Of a DNA stretch of 64,000 nucleotides, positions 63,874-64,000 are shown piece after piece. Below the pieces are notes generated by a model, which saw only the letters and a program-made list of their open reading frames with translations, was not told the DNA's origin and ran no database searches. Within the stretch, counting starts at the first letter, position 1, and every line of letters begins with the position of its first letter. The DNA is from Bdellovibrionales bacterium (GTDB taxonomy: Bacteria > Bdellovibrionota > Bdellovibrionia > Bdellovibrionales > JAGQZY01): assembly GCA_031429075.1 (NCBI GenBank), contig JANOYW010000005.1:6900-70899 (forward strand), in the 5' to 3' direction. Made by a program: the position numbers and the translations under genes.

Positions 63874-64000
63874 TGGCCTTAAATATTATTTATGGGGAAG
63901 AAAAATACTTCCAAAGTTTTCATCAAACCTTGGACGCTGTTGCCAAAGAGCAGATGCACTTGGAAATGGTAGAAGCACCTACATTGGAGGCTGTTACTAA
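63873..64000 (+). CDS. Hypothetical protein, N-terminal part (3' end outside the window)
   Basis: TAATG junction with lysR. The open frame MALNIIYGEEKYFQSFHQTLDAVAKEQMHLEMVEAPTLEAVT runs to the window end. Confidence 0.4.
   Translation, partial: MALNIIYGEEKYFQSFHQTLDAVAKEQMHLEMVEAPTLEAVT

Noticed and set aside
1-64000. tRNA, rRNA, tmRNA or CRISPR arrays, especially at island boundaries
   Set aside because: I saw no cloverleaf-like GC-rich 75-90-nt segments or regularly spaced repeats on visual inspection. A tRNAscan, Infernal or CRISPR-finder run is needed to exclude small RNAs.

Overview
Bacterial chromosomal window. By eye I found no rRNA, tRNA or CRISPR array. All calls rest on reading the six-frame track and the DNA directly; no search was run. 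The window has two parts. (1) About 0.85-24.1 kb is a mosaic accessory, defence-type island. It holds a WYL-regulator tail, a class II Fic protein, a 5'-truncated tyrosine-recombinase remnant and an XRE plus membrane-protein pair. It also holds two AbiEi/AbiEii type IV TA loci (one toxin has lost its catalytic core), an orphan Cas4-like PD-(D/E)XK nuclease, two further uncharacterised NTase-fold two-gene modules and two HigBA-type modules (one toxin decayed). The rest is a PAS hybrid histidine kinase, a 1151-aa tail-fibre-like surface fibre with lipoprotein and OMP neighbours, and several secreted proteins. Nearly every module has a perfect palindrome at its 5' end. The island is stitched together by at least six families of short direct repeats. 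Two of these families are displaced 3' ends of resident genes, and their differences from the intact copy are almost all synonymous. I read that as serial site-specific integration (tandem accretion) of small cassettes, with only a recombinase fossil left in view. (2) About 24-64 kb is mostly ordinary envelope and housekeeping content: beta-helix protein, cupredoxin, SUI1/YciH, a PA2779/PA2778-like operon, Atm1-type ABC exporter, patatin, beta-CASP RNase, secreted metalloprotease, LLM oxidoreductase, RadD-like helicase, NDH-2, TamA/TamB, M14 peptidase, ABC-2 exporter, S1-domain protein, YahK-type ADH, PEBP, acetyl-CoA transferase, YgiD, DoxX and LysR. The best candidates for something undescribed are the NTase-fold modules at 20.7-22.1 kb and 6.3-7.6 kb, the repeat-bounded cassette architecture itself, and the repeat-flanked fibre locus. 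A Bdellovibrio-like predator is only a guess, based on the fibre type.
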